64,000 nt of DNA, from the NCBI GenBank assembly GCA_963832495.1, contig CAWHUF010000011.1:963242-1027241 (forward strand), written 5' to 3'. Below, piece by piece: positions 46,369 to 55,055 of the stretch. Under the pieces are notes generated by a model. It worked only from the letters and a program-made list of their open reading frames with translations. It was not told the DNA's origin and made no database searches. Position numbers and translations under genes: made by a program. The DNA is from an uncultured Acidobacteriota bacterium. GTDB taxonomy: Bacteria > Acidobacteriota > Thermoanaerobaculia > Multivoradales > UBA5704. Positions within the stretch are counted from its first letter, which is position 1. Each line of letters starts with the position of its first letter.

Positions 46369-46989
46369 ATGAACGAACGCGCGTTCCGATGTCCATCCAC
46401 TTCCACCCTCGTCTTCGCTGTCTTCGCGCTGCTGCTGATCGCCCTGCCGAGTCTGGCGGGGGCAGGTGAAGACCCCCGCATCACCCCACGGGAGAGGGAG
46501 GCTTTCGAAGCGGTGGCACCGGACCAGGCGAAGGACTGCCAGCGCTGCGCCCTCGCCCACAAGAGATGCTCCACGACCTGCTTCAACCTCGCCGAGAAGG
46601 GTGGGATGGGGGAGTGTCTGACGGCGTGCGACAACGCTGTGGCTGCCTGCACCTGTGACCAGTCGGTCAATCTGCGCAGCGAGGATCTCGCCGCCTGGAA
46701 GGGGCTGGACACGACCACCAAAGCCGCCGCCTGCCACGGGACCGTGAGCTGCCAGCCGAATTATCCGTCCTGCGCCAGTTGGTCCAGCTACACTGACTGC
46801 GGTGACCTCACTTGCGGCTTTGGTCCGAAGTGCGGGGAGTGCACGTGTGATGAGTGGGGAATTTGTTTCTGCGGCCCGGGCCCGGCCTGGCGGCAGCCTC
46901 GGGAGCGCTTCCGGGTGTGCTTCGACTCCCTGGGCAATTCGTGCACGGAGTGGCAGACGCTCACGTCCATCAGTTGCGGTTGCGAGTAA
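46369..46989 (+). CDS. Cysteine-rich (26 Cys) small secreted protein, no recognisable family
   Basis: CAGGAGG RBS. Signal peptide MNERAFRCPSTSTLVFAVFALLLIALPSLAGAG. Mature part with CxxC/CxC clusters (CQRCALAHKRCSTTCF..., CGECTCDEWGICFCGPGP...). Confidence 0.55.
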   Translation: MNERAFRCPSTSTLVFAVFALLLIALPSLAGAGEDPRITPREREAFEAVAPDQAKDCQRCALAHKRCSTTCFNLAEKGGMGECLTACDNAVAACTCDQSVNLRSEDLAAWKGLDTTTKAAACHGTVSCQPNYPSCASWSSYTDCGDLTCGFGPKCGECTCDEWGICFCGPGPAWRQPRERFRVCFDSLGNSCTEWQTLTSISCGCE

Positions 46990-47006
46990 ATCCACCTTGT
47001 CAGATC

Positions 47007-47034
47007 GGGACCGGCGGAGGGTTTCGCCGGTCCC
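47007..47034. terminator. Bidirectional hairpin between convergent genes
   Basis: GGGACCGGCG-gagggttt-CGCCGGTCCC, perfect 10-bp stem. Confidence 0.5.
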
Positions 47035-47122
47035 TCCCTCCCAAGGCTCCTACTCCCGAAGCACCCGGTGTCAGGACAGCGCTGGACTTTCCCTTGTGCA
47101 GGCTTAATGGCTCTCTGAGGGC

Positions 47123-47323
47123 CTACTGCGCCCGCTCCACCCGCACGTCCGGATCCCCGTCCCGGTCCCGCGTGATCGTCACCGACCACGGGTTGCAGCA
47201 CACCTCGCAGTCCTGCACCAGCGTGCCATAGACGTCCGGCTCCACCGAGATCTCCACCCGCTCGCCGCAGTAGGGGCACTGGACCTCGATGGTATCCGCC
47301 CAGTAGCCGTCGTGCTCCCTCAT
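47123..47323 (-). CDS. CPXCG-type zinc-finger small protein
   Basis: 66 aa with CPYCGE...CEVCC. ATGA-coupled to the upstream EVE gene. Confidence 0.55.
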   Translation of the reverse strand: MREHDGYWADTIEVQCPYCGERVEISVEPDVYGTLVQDCEVCCNPWSVTITRDRDGDPDVRVERAQ

Positions 47324-47805
47324 GACGTCCAGCCTCCTTTCCGGCCGAGCTTGACCACGATGTCGAGCTCCTTCTTCGTGACCGGCTGCACGGAAAGGCG
47401 CGAGCCCTTCTGCGTCACCATCATGTCCTTGAGCCCCGGCGTCTCCTTGAGCACCGCGAGGGGGACGATGTCCGGGAACGTCTCGACGAAGCGGACGTCC
47501 ACCATCATCCAGGTGGGATTGTCCGGATCGCTCTTGGGATCGAAATACTTGTGCCCGTCCTGGAAGGCGTACGGGTCGGGATAGCCGCCGCGGGCGATCT
47601 CGGCCAGGCCGGTCACCCCCGAGGGCTCCGCGTTCGAGGCGTAGAACAGGACGCCGTCGCCCGGCTTCATGTCGTCCCGCATGTAGTTACGCGCCTGGAA
47701 GTTGCGCACGCCTTCCCAGGTCGTGGTGCCGTCGCGCTCCAGATCCTGGATGGTGTACGCCTCGGGTTCGCACTTCAGCAGCCAGTATTTTTTTGTCCGT
47801 GCCAT
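47320..47805 (-). CDS. EVE (PUA-like) domain protein
   Basis: MARTKKYWLLKCEPEAYTIQDL...GVRNFQARNYMRDDMKPGDGVLFYAS... typical EVE-domain N-terminus. Confidence 0.7.
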   Translation of the reverse strand: MARTKKYWLLKCEPEAYTIQDLERDGTTTWEGVRNFQARNYMRDDMKPGDGVLFYASNAEPSGVTGLAEIARGGYPDPYAFQDGHKYFDPKSDPDNPTWMMVDVRFVETFPDIVPLAVLKETPGLKDMMVTQKGSRLSVQPVTKKELDIVVKLGRKGGWTS

Positions 47806-47885
47806 GCCGTCCCTCCCGGGAGGAGTTTATCCGATGCATCTCTGGGTCTTCATGAAGACGAGGAGGATCGGCCCGATCTGCCCTT

Positions 47886-49562
47886 CGAAGAGACGCCCCG
47901 GCGTTGGTGGACCCGGTGAGGGCGTGGTAGAGGACTGGGGCGTCTCTACGGAACGGTGGTGCCCGTTGCGGACGTTGAGGTTACGGGGATGTCGAGGAAG
48001 CGCCCCCGTAACCTCAACGTTGGCCTCGGCACGACGGGTCCGTAGAGATGGGATGAGAAGGCCACCCTCCCTGGTGCGCAGTGCCATAGAATGGCCTGCA
48101 AACTGGGTACAAAGCGCTGGTAGGCGCAAGGAAGGGAGAGTGGCCGTGGGGAATGTTATCAGAGTGGAGGTGGAGACGGTGGTGGGCGTGGATCTCGGGG
48201 ACCGTTCGAGTCAAATCTGTTGCCTGAACCGAGAAACGGGAGCGATCCTGGAAGAGAAGCGTCTGTCGACGACCACGGCGAGCTTTCAGCGCTACTTCGA
48301 GGGCAGGAGGTCGTGTCTGGTGGTGGTGGAGACCGGGACGCACACGCCGTGGGTGCGACGGTTGCTGGTATCGACGGGACATCAGGTGATCGTCGCCAAT
48401 GCCAGCAAGGTGCGGGCGATCTCGGCGAGCGTGCGCAAGACGGACGAACGGGATGCCCGCTGGCTGGCGCAGTTGGGCCGGGTGGATCCGGAGTTGCTGA
48501 GTCCTGTCCATTCTCGCAGTGAGGAGGCGCAGCAAGCGCTGGCCGTGGTGCGCGCTCGGGAAGGCTTCGTCAAGACGCGGACGATGCTGATCAATCAGGT
48601 GCGCGGGATGGTGAAGTCGTTCGGTGCCCGGCTGCCGTCGTGCTCGGCGAAGGGCTTCGCCCACAGAGCGTCGACGGCCTTGCCGCAGGGACTGAAGGCG
48701 GCTCTGGAGCCGCTGCTGGAGGTGATCGCGGATCTGAGTGATCGAATCCGGAGTTTCGACCGGGATATCGAAGCCTGGGCGAAGCGTTTTCCGGTCACCG
48801 AGCGGCTGCGCCAGATCAAGGGGGTGGGCGCGCTGACGGCGCTGGTGTTCGTGCTGACGCTGGACGATCCTTCTCGCTTCGCTCGCTCCCGCTCGGTGGG
48901 CGCCTACCTCGGGCTGGTGCCGGCGAGTCGAAGCTCGGGCAACTCGACGCCGCAATTGCCGATCACCAAGCACGGCGACGGCCTGCTGCGCCGCTTGCTG
49001 GTGCAGGCGGCGCACTACATCCTCGGTCCGTTCGGACAGGACAGCGACCTGCGCCGCTTCGGGCAGGAACTGGCCCGGCGCGGCGGCAAGAGCGGTAAGA
49101 AACGAGCGGTGGTGGCGGTGGCCCGGAAACTGGCGGTGTTGCTGCACCGGCTGTGGATCAGCGGCGAAGACTACGAGCCGCATCGCCGGGCGGCGTTGAC
49201 TTCGGCAGCGGCATAAAAGCTCAGGTAGGGAAAACTCAGGAGGAAGAAACGAGGATGTAGGGCACAATCTGGTCGATCGGAGCTCGAGTCGAAACCCCCG
49301 TTGTCGGCGACTGCGCTGGGCGTCTTGGCCTTCGAGGCCGCCGTAGAGATCGCAGCGCCGCTTCGGTGGCACCCCATCATGCACCGAGCCCAACGAGAGG
49401 CTCCTTGAGAGTGCGGATAGAAGACTCGGGGACAGACCGCTGCTCCGAAAGGCCAGATAAGGATGGCCGCCAAGGCGGCCTTGACATTTGGGGCCTTCTC
49501 ATAGAAGACGCCCCAGTCCTCTACCGGGCACTTTCCGGGTCCTCAAACGTCGGGGCGTCTCC
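47886..49562 (+). mobile_element. IS110-family (IS1111-like) element lying between REP-like palindromes AGACGCCCC...GGGGCGTCT; boundaries approximate
   Basis: Left: nested dyads 47886-47947 and a long imperfect inverted repeat 47940-48045 (arms share ACGTTGAGGTTACGGGG). Right: related palindrome 49503-49562. Confidence 0.45.
48146..49216 (+). CDS. IS110-family transposase (DEDD type)
   Basis: GTG start after an AAGGAAGGGA RBS. ...VVGVDLGDRSSQICCL... N-terminal and ...IKGVGALTALVFVLTLDDPSRFARSRSVGAYLGLVPASRSSGN... C-terminal (Transposase_20). Confidence 0.8.
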   Translation: MGNVIRVEVETVVGVDLGDRSSQICCLNRETGAILEEKRLSTTTASFQRYFEGRRSCLVVVETGTHTPWVRRLLVSTGHQVIVANASKVRAISASVRKTDERDARWLAQLGRVDPELLSPVHSRSEEAQQALAVVRAREGFVKTRTMLINQVRGMVKSFGARLPSCSAKGFAHRASTALPQGLKAALEPLLEVIADLSDRIRSFDRDIEAWAKRFPVTERLRQIKGVGALTALVFVLTLDDPSRFARSRSVGAYLGLVPASRSSGNSTPQLPITKHGDGLLRRLLVQAAHYILGPFGQDSDLRRFGQELARRGGKSGKKRAVVAVARKLAVLLHRLWISGEDYEPHRRAALTSAAA

Positions 49563-49616
49563 TCGGAGGGTACACCTCAACAATCCAAGCCAACCGATTG
49601 GACCTCCCAGCCCGGC

Positions 49617-52562
49617 TCACACTTCCTGCCGCAGCATGTCGAGCAGCTCGTCACGGGAGAAGACCTTGGCCAGCTCCGGCGAGTCCTCCTGGACGACGCT
49701 TGCCATGACCTTGCGCTTCTTCTCGATGATGGCCGCGATCTTCTCTTCGAGGGTGCCCTCGGTGACCAGCTTGAAGACCTGCACGGCCCGCTTCTGGCCG
49801 AAGCGGTAGACGCGGTCGGTCGCCTGGTCCTCCCGCGCCGCGTTCCACCAGCGGTCGTAATGGATCACGGCCGAGCCGGCCACGAGGTCGATCCCCGCGC
49901 CGCCGGCCTTCAGGCTGCCGAGAAAAACCTTGCAATCCGGATCGTGATTGAAACGGTCCACGATCCCGCCGCGATTCACGCTCGCTCCCGTCAGCTTGAC
50001 GTAGCCGATGCCGAGCCCTTCGAGGTGGCGCTCCATCAGATCGATCATCCCCAGGAACTGGGTGAAGACGACCACCTTCTGGCCGCTGTCCAGGCACTCG
50101 CGGAGGATCTCCTGGTAGAGGTCCCACTTGCCCGAGGTGAGGTCCGCGGCCCGGCCGAGATCGCCCATGGCGAGGGCGGGATGGTCGCAGATCTTCTTGA
50201 GCAGGCTGAGCAGGGCGAAAACGTGGATGTAGGGCAGGTGCCCGTCCGCCGCGGCCTCGATCTGCCGCGCCAGCTCCGCCCCGCGCCCGGAGACGGCCTC
50301 GCGGTACAGCTTCACCTGATCGTCCGACAGCGAGCAGGTGCGCACGTCCTCGAACTTCGCCGGCAGCTCGTTCAGCACCGAGGACTTCAGGCGCCGCAGC
50401 ATGAAGGGCGAGATGACCCGCCGCAGCTCGGCCAGGCGGTCCTCGTCTTCGTCCTCATCCTTCACATACCGGGCCTCGAAACCCGCGTCGCTGCCGAGAT
50501 AGCCAGGCAGGATCAGATCGAACAGCGCCTTCAGCTCGACCAGGGAGTTCTCGACCGGCGTGCCCGTCAGCCCGAACTTGACGTCGGCCACGAGATGGTC
50601 GGCCGCCTCGTACGACTGCGTCCCCCGGTTCTTGAGGTTCTGGGCTTCGTCGAACACGGCCAGAGAAAAGGGGATCGCGGAGAGCGCCTCCGCATCCCGG
50701 CGCAGCACGCCGTAGGAGGTCAGCAGGACGTCGCCCGGCCCAAGCGTTTGTCCCCGTTTTTGGGGCAGCCGCCGCTGCCCGCCGTGATGAACGATCGGCC
50801 GCAGGGCCGACGGGGCGTGGCGCTCGATCTGGCTCTTCCAGTGGGGGAGGACGCTCGTGGGACAGACCACGAGGAACGGCTCGCCCGCCTTCCCCCGCTC
50901 CAGCAGGGTCACCATGAGCGTGATGGTCTGCAACGTCTTGCCGAGGCCCATGTCGTCGCAGAGCAGGCCGGCCAAGCGGTTCTCGTACAGGAACAGCAGC
51001 CAGTTCACGCCGATCAGCTGGTACGTCCGCAATGGTGTCGCGATACCCGGAGTCTCGATCAGAGGCTCGGCCGGTCTCAGCTCCAGGAGGCGGCCAAGGA
51101 GATCCGCGCCCTCTCCTGAAACAGCGACCGCCGTACCCGCCTCGGCCTGGAGCCGCAGCACCTCCGCGACCGGCATGCGCACGCGGTTGCTATCTATGGC
51201 TTCCCCGCCCAGACGCTCCAGGAGGCCATCCAGCGCCCGGAACGCGTTCAGGTCGACCCAGCCCCCCGCCGTCTCCAGATAGGGCAGACCGTCCTTGCGG
51301 GCGCGCAGGATCTCGGCGAGCGAGACGACATCGCTGCCGAACCCGTACTCGATGGCGAGCCAGTACCAGCTCCGCTCCAGGGCCGCCTCGAGATCGGCTT
51401 CGGAGATCGCGATCCGGTCCGCCTGGCGGAAGACCCGCCGGTCGCGCAGAGGCTCGTCGAGCACCAGCAGGCCTTCTCCCAAAGCGTCCGCATGCTCGGC
51501 CAGGAAGCTCGGCACCTGGCTCCGCTGGAGCTTCATGCTCACGGGCGCCTTGAATTTGCGCTCCTTGCCCTCGCGCTCCAACTCGGCCAGGACTCCCAGA
51601 TCCTTGATGTAGATCAGGCTGCCGTAGCGGAACTTCTCGACATCGCGCCGCTCCAGGAAGCGCTCCTCGCCGTTCGCCTGGAGGGCGAGGATGACGGGCC
51701 GCACCTCCAGGTCCAGCTCCGTCTCCTGGGTGACGCGGAAGATGGACTTCAGGGGGATGGGCCGGACGGCCAGGTCCGCCTGCTCCGGATACTCGGCGGC
51801 CAGCAGTTGGAGCGCCGCCCGCACGCGGTCCCGCGGCATGGTGAAGCGCACCACCTCGCCGCCTTCCGGCCCGCGGTAGGTGAAGGTGAACCGGCCGCTC
51901 GCCTCATCCACTGCCGGGTGGAACGTGCCGTGCGCTTCCTCCTCCATCTCGCGCACGCAGTGATAGGCGAGCCGGTACCAGAAGCTCTCCTCCCACGTCT
52001 GCCGCTGGGTCTTCATGCCGGCCTTGTGGAAGAGGCGCTCCTGCTCCGTGGCCTGGAACAGGGCGAGCCGTTCGAGCAGGCTGGCGCGGTCGAAGATGCC
52101 GTCGCCGTCGAGCGCGGCCTTGCCCGTCCGTTCCAGGAACCGCACCCGGGCCGGCGAGGTGTCGAGGTAGTCCGCCAGCTCGCCGCCCCTGGGCGAAGTG
52201 ACGCGGATCAGGGTGCCGCCGGCGTCCTGGGGGGCACGGGACACCCGCAGCACCCGAACTTTCGCCGATGCTTGGGGATCGCCCTCGAACAGCAGGCGCG
52301 CCAGCCGGTACCAGACGGAGGACTCGAACGCCGCCTCCCACCGGCTGACCCAGCGGGCCTTCTCGATCTCGGCGACGGCCTGGGACAGATCCTTCAGGTG
52401 GTCGCACGTCTTCTTCTTGCTCGCCTCGCAGGTGCAGGACCGCAAGGCCTTGTCGCTGCCGGGGACCCGGGCGACGTAGATGGCCGTGTGCCGCTCGCCG
52501 GGGCGGCCGGGCACGAGGCCGATACCCGTCCGATGGAACTCGAGGTGCGTAAATGCAGGCAT
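49617..52562 (-). CDS. SNF2-family helicase with N-terminal SWIM-type zinc finger
   Basis: CTCEASKKKTCDHLKDL (SWIM CxCxnCxH). SNF2_N (LCDDMGLGKTLQTI, DEAQNLKN) and helicase C (…GGAGIDLVAGSAVIHYDRWWN…). Intact 981 aa. Confidence 0.85.
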   Translation of the reverse strand: MPAFTHLEFHRTGIGLVPGRPGERHTAIYVARVPGSDKALRSCTCEASKKKTCDHLKDLSQAVAEIEKARWVSRWEAAFESSVWYRLARLLFEGDPQASAKVRVLRVSRAPQDAGGTLIRVTSPRGGELADYLDTSPARVRFLERTGKAALDGDGIFDRASLLERLALFQATEQERLFHKAGMKTQRQTWEESFWYRLAYHCVREMEEEAHGTFHPAVDEASGRFTFTYRGPEGGEVVRFTMPRDRVRAALQLLAAEYPEQADLAVRPIPLKSIFRVTQETELDLEVRPVILALQANGEERFLERRDVEKFRYGSLIYIKDLGVLAELEREGKERKFKAPVSMKLQRSQVPSFLAEHADALGEGLLVLDEPLRDRRVFRQADRIAISEADLEAALERSWYWLAIEYGFGSDVVSLAEILRARKDGLPYLETAGGWVDLNAFRALDGLLERLGGEAIDSNRVRMPVAEVLRLQAEAGTAVAVSGEGADLLGRLLELRPAEPLIETPGIATPLRTYQLIGVNWLLFLYENRLAGLLCDDMGLGKTLQTITLMVTLLERGKAGEPFLVVCPTSVLPHWKSQIERHAPSALRPIVHHGGQRRLPQKRGQTLGPGDVLLTSYGVLRRDAEALSAIPFSLAVFDEAQNLKNRGTQSYEAADHLVADVKFGLTGTPVENSLVELKALFDLILPGYLGSDAGFEARYVKDEDEDEDRLAELRRVISPFMLRRLKSSVLNELPAKFEDVRTCSLSDDQVKLYREAVSGRGAELARQIEAAADGHLPYIHVFALLSLLKKICDHPALAMGDLGRAADLTSGKWDLYQEILRECLDSGQKVVVFTQFLGMIDLMERHLEGLGIGYVKLTGASVNRGGIVDRFNHDPDCKVFLGSLKAGGAGIDLVAGSAVIHYDRWWNAAREDQATDRVYRFGQKRAVQVFKLVTEGTLEEKIAAIIEKKRKVMASVVQEDSPELAKVFSRDELLDMLRQEV

Positions 52563-52724
52563 GATGGTGTAGATAGGCTACTCGAATCCGTGGCGTCTTG
52601 CGAGCGGCGGATTCTAGCCCAGGATCGCGGCTCAGGGGGAGCCGCGTCACGCCAGCCGCTCCACGAGCACTGTTCTCTTTGGGGACCTATCGGATTTTTC
52701 CGAGCCCATGCTCAAGGAGGTGCG

Positions 52725-53956
52725 CTGTGCGAGGCAGAAACCTTGCGGTAGCTTGCGTCGTCTGTTTAACAATGTCTTCAATTCCCATTCAACTGGCGTC
52801 CGCCGATCAGGAGAAATCTTTCCGTTGTCCGGCGAGCGGTGATCCCGCCGAGGTCGTCAAGTGTTACGACAACATGGGGAAGCTCAAGCCCGGCTTTCCC
52901 AAAAGGAATCCCAAGCCCTTCAACGACGGCGAGGACGTCAACAACGACGGCAAGAAGGACCGCCTCGGCAGCTCGATGAAAGACTCCAAGGGCAACGCCA
53001 TCGAGTGCTGGTGCCTGCAGAAGAGCGACAAGACCCCCCAGCAGTTCGCCTACGCCTTCGTGCCCGCGGACGGAACGGGACGGAAGTGGTTCGGCGGCTG
53101 CTATTTCCCCTGGGGCCTCAACTCCATCAAGTGCGAGGGCGAGGTCATCAAGGAAGGCCCGATGAAGGGCATGATCAAGGAGTACACCAAGGTCACGCAG
53201 GTCAACACCGACCGCGGGAGCGCCCCCCCCATGCCGCCGACCGGGACCATGGACAAACATTTCTGCTACTTCAACTCCGGGCCGAACAAGGGGAAGACGC
53301 AGAAGATCCTGACCGAGGGGATGTGGAAGCTGGGGGCAGGAGGCAAATATCAGTACATGACCACGAAGAGCACTCCCTGCCCGATCCAGGACCCGCCGAA
53401 GAACCCTCAGGATCTGTTGGCCAGCGTCTTCTCGATCGATCCCAACGATGCCGACGCCATTGCGGCGCTCGGTGACTTCGGCGGCTTCGACCAGCCCTCC
53501 GCCGTGCTGATCGCGGACGCGACGAAACGGCCGCAGCTCGAATACCGGCTGATGGTGCCGCCGACGATCTCGTTCTCTGACGACGACACACTGACCGGGA
53601 CGCTGGAAGCCCAGGAGGTGGCGATCCATGTGGGAGACCAGCTCACCATCACCGGCTCCGGCGTCGAGGGGGCCTTCGTAGCGGGCGACGCGGCCGCTCT
53701 GGACCGCGGCGGCTGGGTGCTGGTGGAGACGGGGCCCCAGCACGCGACGTTCCGGGCCACCACCACCGTCCGGCTCGAGCCGGGCGTGCCGTTCGGCCCC
53801 TTCGTCGTCCTGAGCGAAGCGCTCCCCGGACCGGTGACGTGGACGTATATGGGCCGGGACATCGCGATGTCCGCCAGCACGGGGATGCCCGAGACTGGTG
53901 TCAAACCCAGCCCGAACCCCGTTCCCGTACCGAGGATGGAGAGCAGCCGGCAGTAG
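52725..53956 (+). CDS. Secreted Lys-rich, Cys-containing hypothetical protein (GTG start; lower GC than surroundings)
   Basis: AAGGAGG RBS. Signal (M)RGRNLAVACVVCLTMSSIPIQLASA. N-terminal half Lys/Asp-rich with 8 Cys. No family recognised. Confidence 0.5.
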
Positions 53957-54002
53957 GAAGAGCCGCCGCCCGGCCGGAACATCTCCGGCCGGGCAGGCGT
54001 CC

Positions 54003-54803
54003 TCACCAACCCATCGCCTGCCGTAGCGTCTCCGCCAGATTCCGGTTGCAGGAGAACGCCGCGTCCTGCCAGCCGGTCACCAGGGGCTCGCCATTGCGGG
54101 TGAGGAGGACGCCTCCCGCCTCTTCCAGGATCGGCTTCAGGGCAGCCACGTCGTGGAGGGAGACGCGGCCTTCGAGCATGGCGTCGCAGCGCCCCTCGGC
54201 GACCAGGATGTGCCCCCACCAGTCTCCGAAGCCGCGGGTGCGGTTCGCGCGGGCCACGAGGCCGGAGAAGGCCGGCCAGAAGCCATGGAGTTGGAGCTGC
54301 TTCAGGCCTCCGTGGACGATGAAGGCCTGCTCGATCTCCGAGACCCCGGTCACCTGGAGGCGGCGCTGGCGGCAGGCCTCCAGGTCCGTGCCAGTCCCAC
54401 CCCAGGCGCCTTCGCCCCGCGCCGCCCACCAGGTCTCGCCCAGGGCGGCCGCGTGGACGACGCCGAGGACGAGCTCGCCGTCCAGCTCCAGGCCGATCAA
54501 GGTGGCGAAGTACGGCAGGCCGGCCACGAAGTTCTTGGTGGCGTCGATGGGGTCGATGATCCAGCGGTCGCGCTCGCTCCCCTCCTGGCCGAATTCTTCG
54601 CCGAGGAGTCCCAAATCGGGCGTGGCGCGACGAAGAATCTCGCGAATGGCCTCTTCGGAGCCGCGGTCCGCCGCGGTTACGGGCGAGGCGTCCTTTTTCA
54701 GCTCTACGTGGAGGTGAATCGAGCGGAAATGCTCTCGGTGGATCTCGCCCGCCTTTTTACAGGCGGAAAGCGCGGCTTCGAGGTAACGCACGGCGTCTTT
54801 CAT
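54003..54803 (-). CDS. Inositol-monophosphatase family protein (SuhB/HisN-like)
   Basis: WIIDPIDATKNFVAGLPYFATLIGL ... metal-binding motifs of the IMPase fold. Confidence 0.75.
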   Translation of the reverse strand: MKDAVRYLEAALSACKKAGEIHREHFRSIHLHVELKKDASPVTAADRGSEEAIREILRRATPDLGLLGEEFGQEGSERDRWIIDPIDATKNFVAGLPYFATLIGLELDGELVLGVVHAAALGETWWAARGEGAWGGTGTDLEACRQRRLQVTGVSEIEQAFIVHGGLKQLQLHGFWPAFSGLVARANRTRGFGDWWGHILVAEGRCDAMLEGRVSLHDVAALKPILEEAGGVLLTRNGEPLVTGWQDAAFSCNRNLAETLRQAMGW

Positions 54804-54859
54804 GGCAACGGGAAGTCTAGACGAAGATCCGCGCCTGCGCCCCCCGGAAAAGTCGCGAA

Positions 54860-55030
54860 CCCATTGTATTTAAGCCGAGAAACATAGTTTTTCGCCGTTG
54901 AAACTATGTTTTTGGGGCGTTCCACATAGTATTCCGGCTTAAATACATAGTATCAACCGCGAGAAACTATGTGGAACGAGTTAAAAACATAGTTTCTCGG
55001 CCTCAACACAATAGGTCAAGACCGAGAAAC
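54860..55030. repeat. AT-rich island with about 8 short AACATAGTT / AACTATGTT palindromic-motif copies
   Basis: gccgagaaacatagttttt ... gaaactatgtttttgg ... acatagtattcc ... acatagtatcaa ... gagaaactatgtggaac ... aaaacatagtttctcggc. GC about 45% versus about 70% flanks. Confidence 0.4.
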
Positions 55031-55055
55031 AATGGGTTGTCGAGCTGATCCTGCT

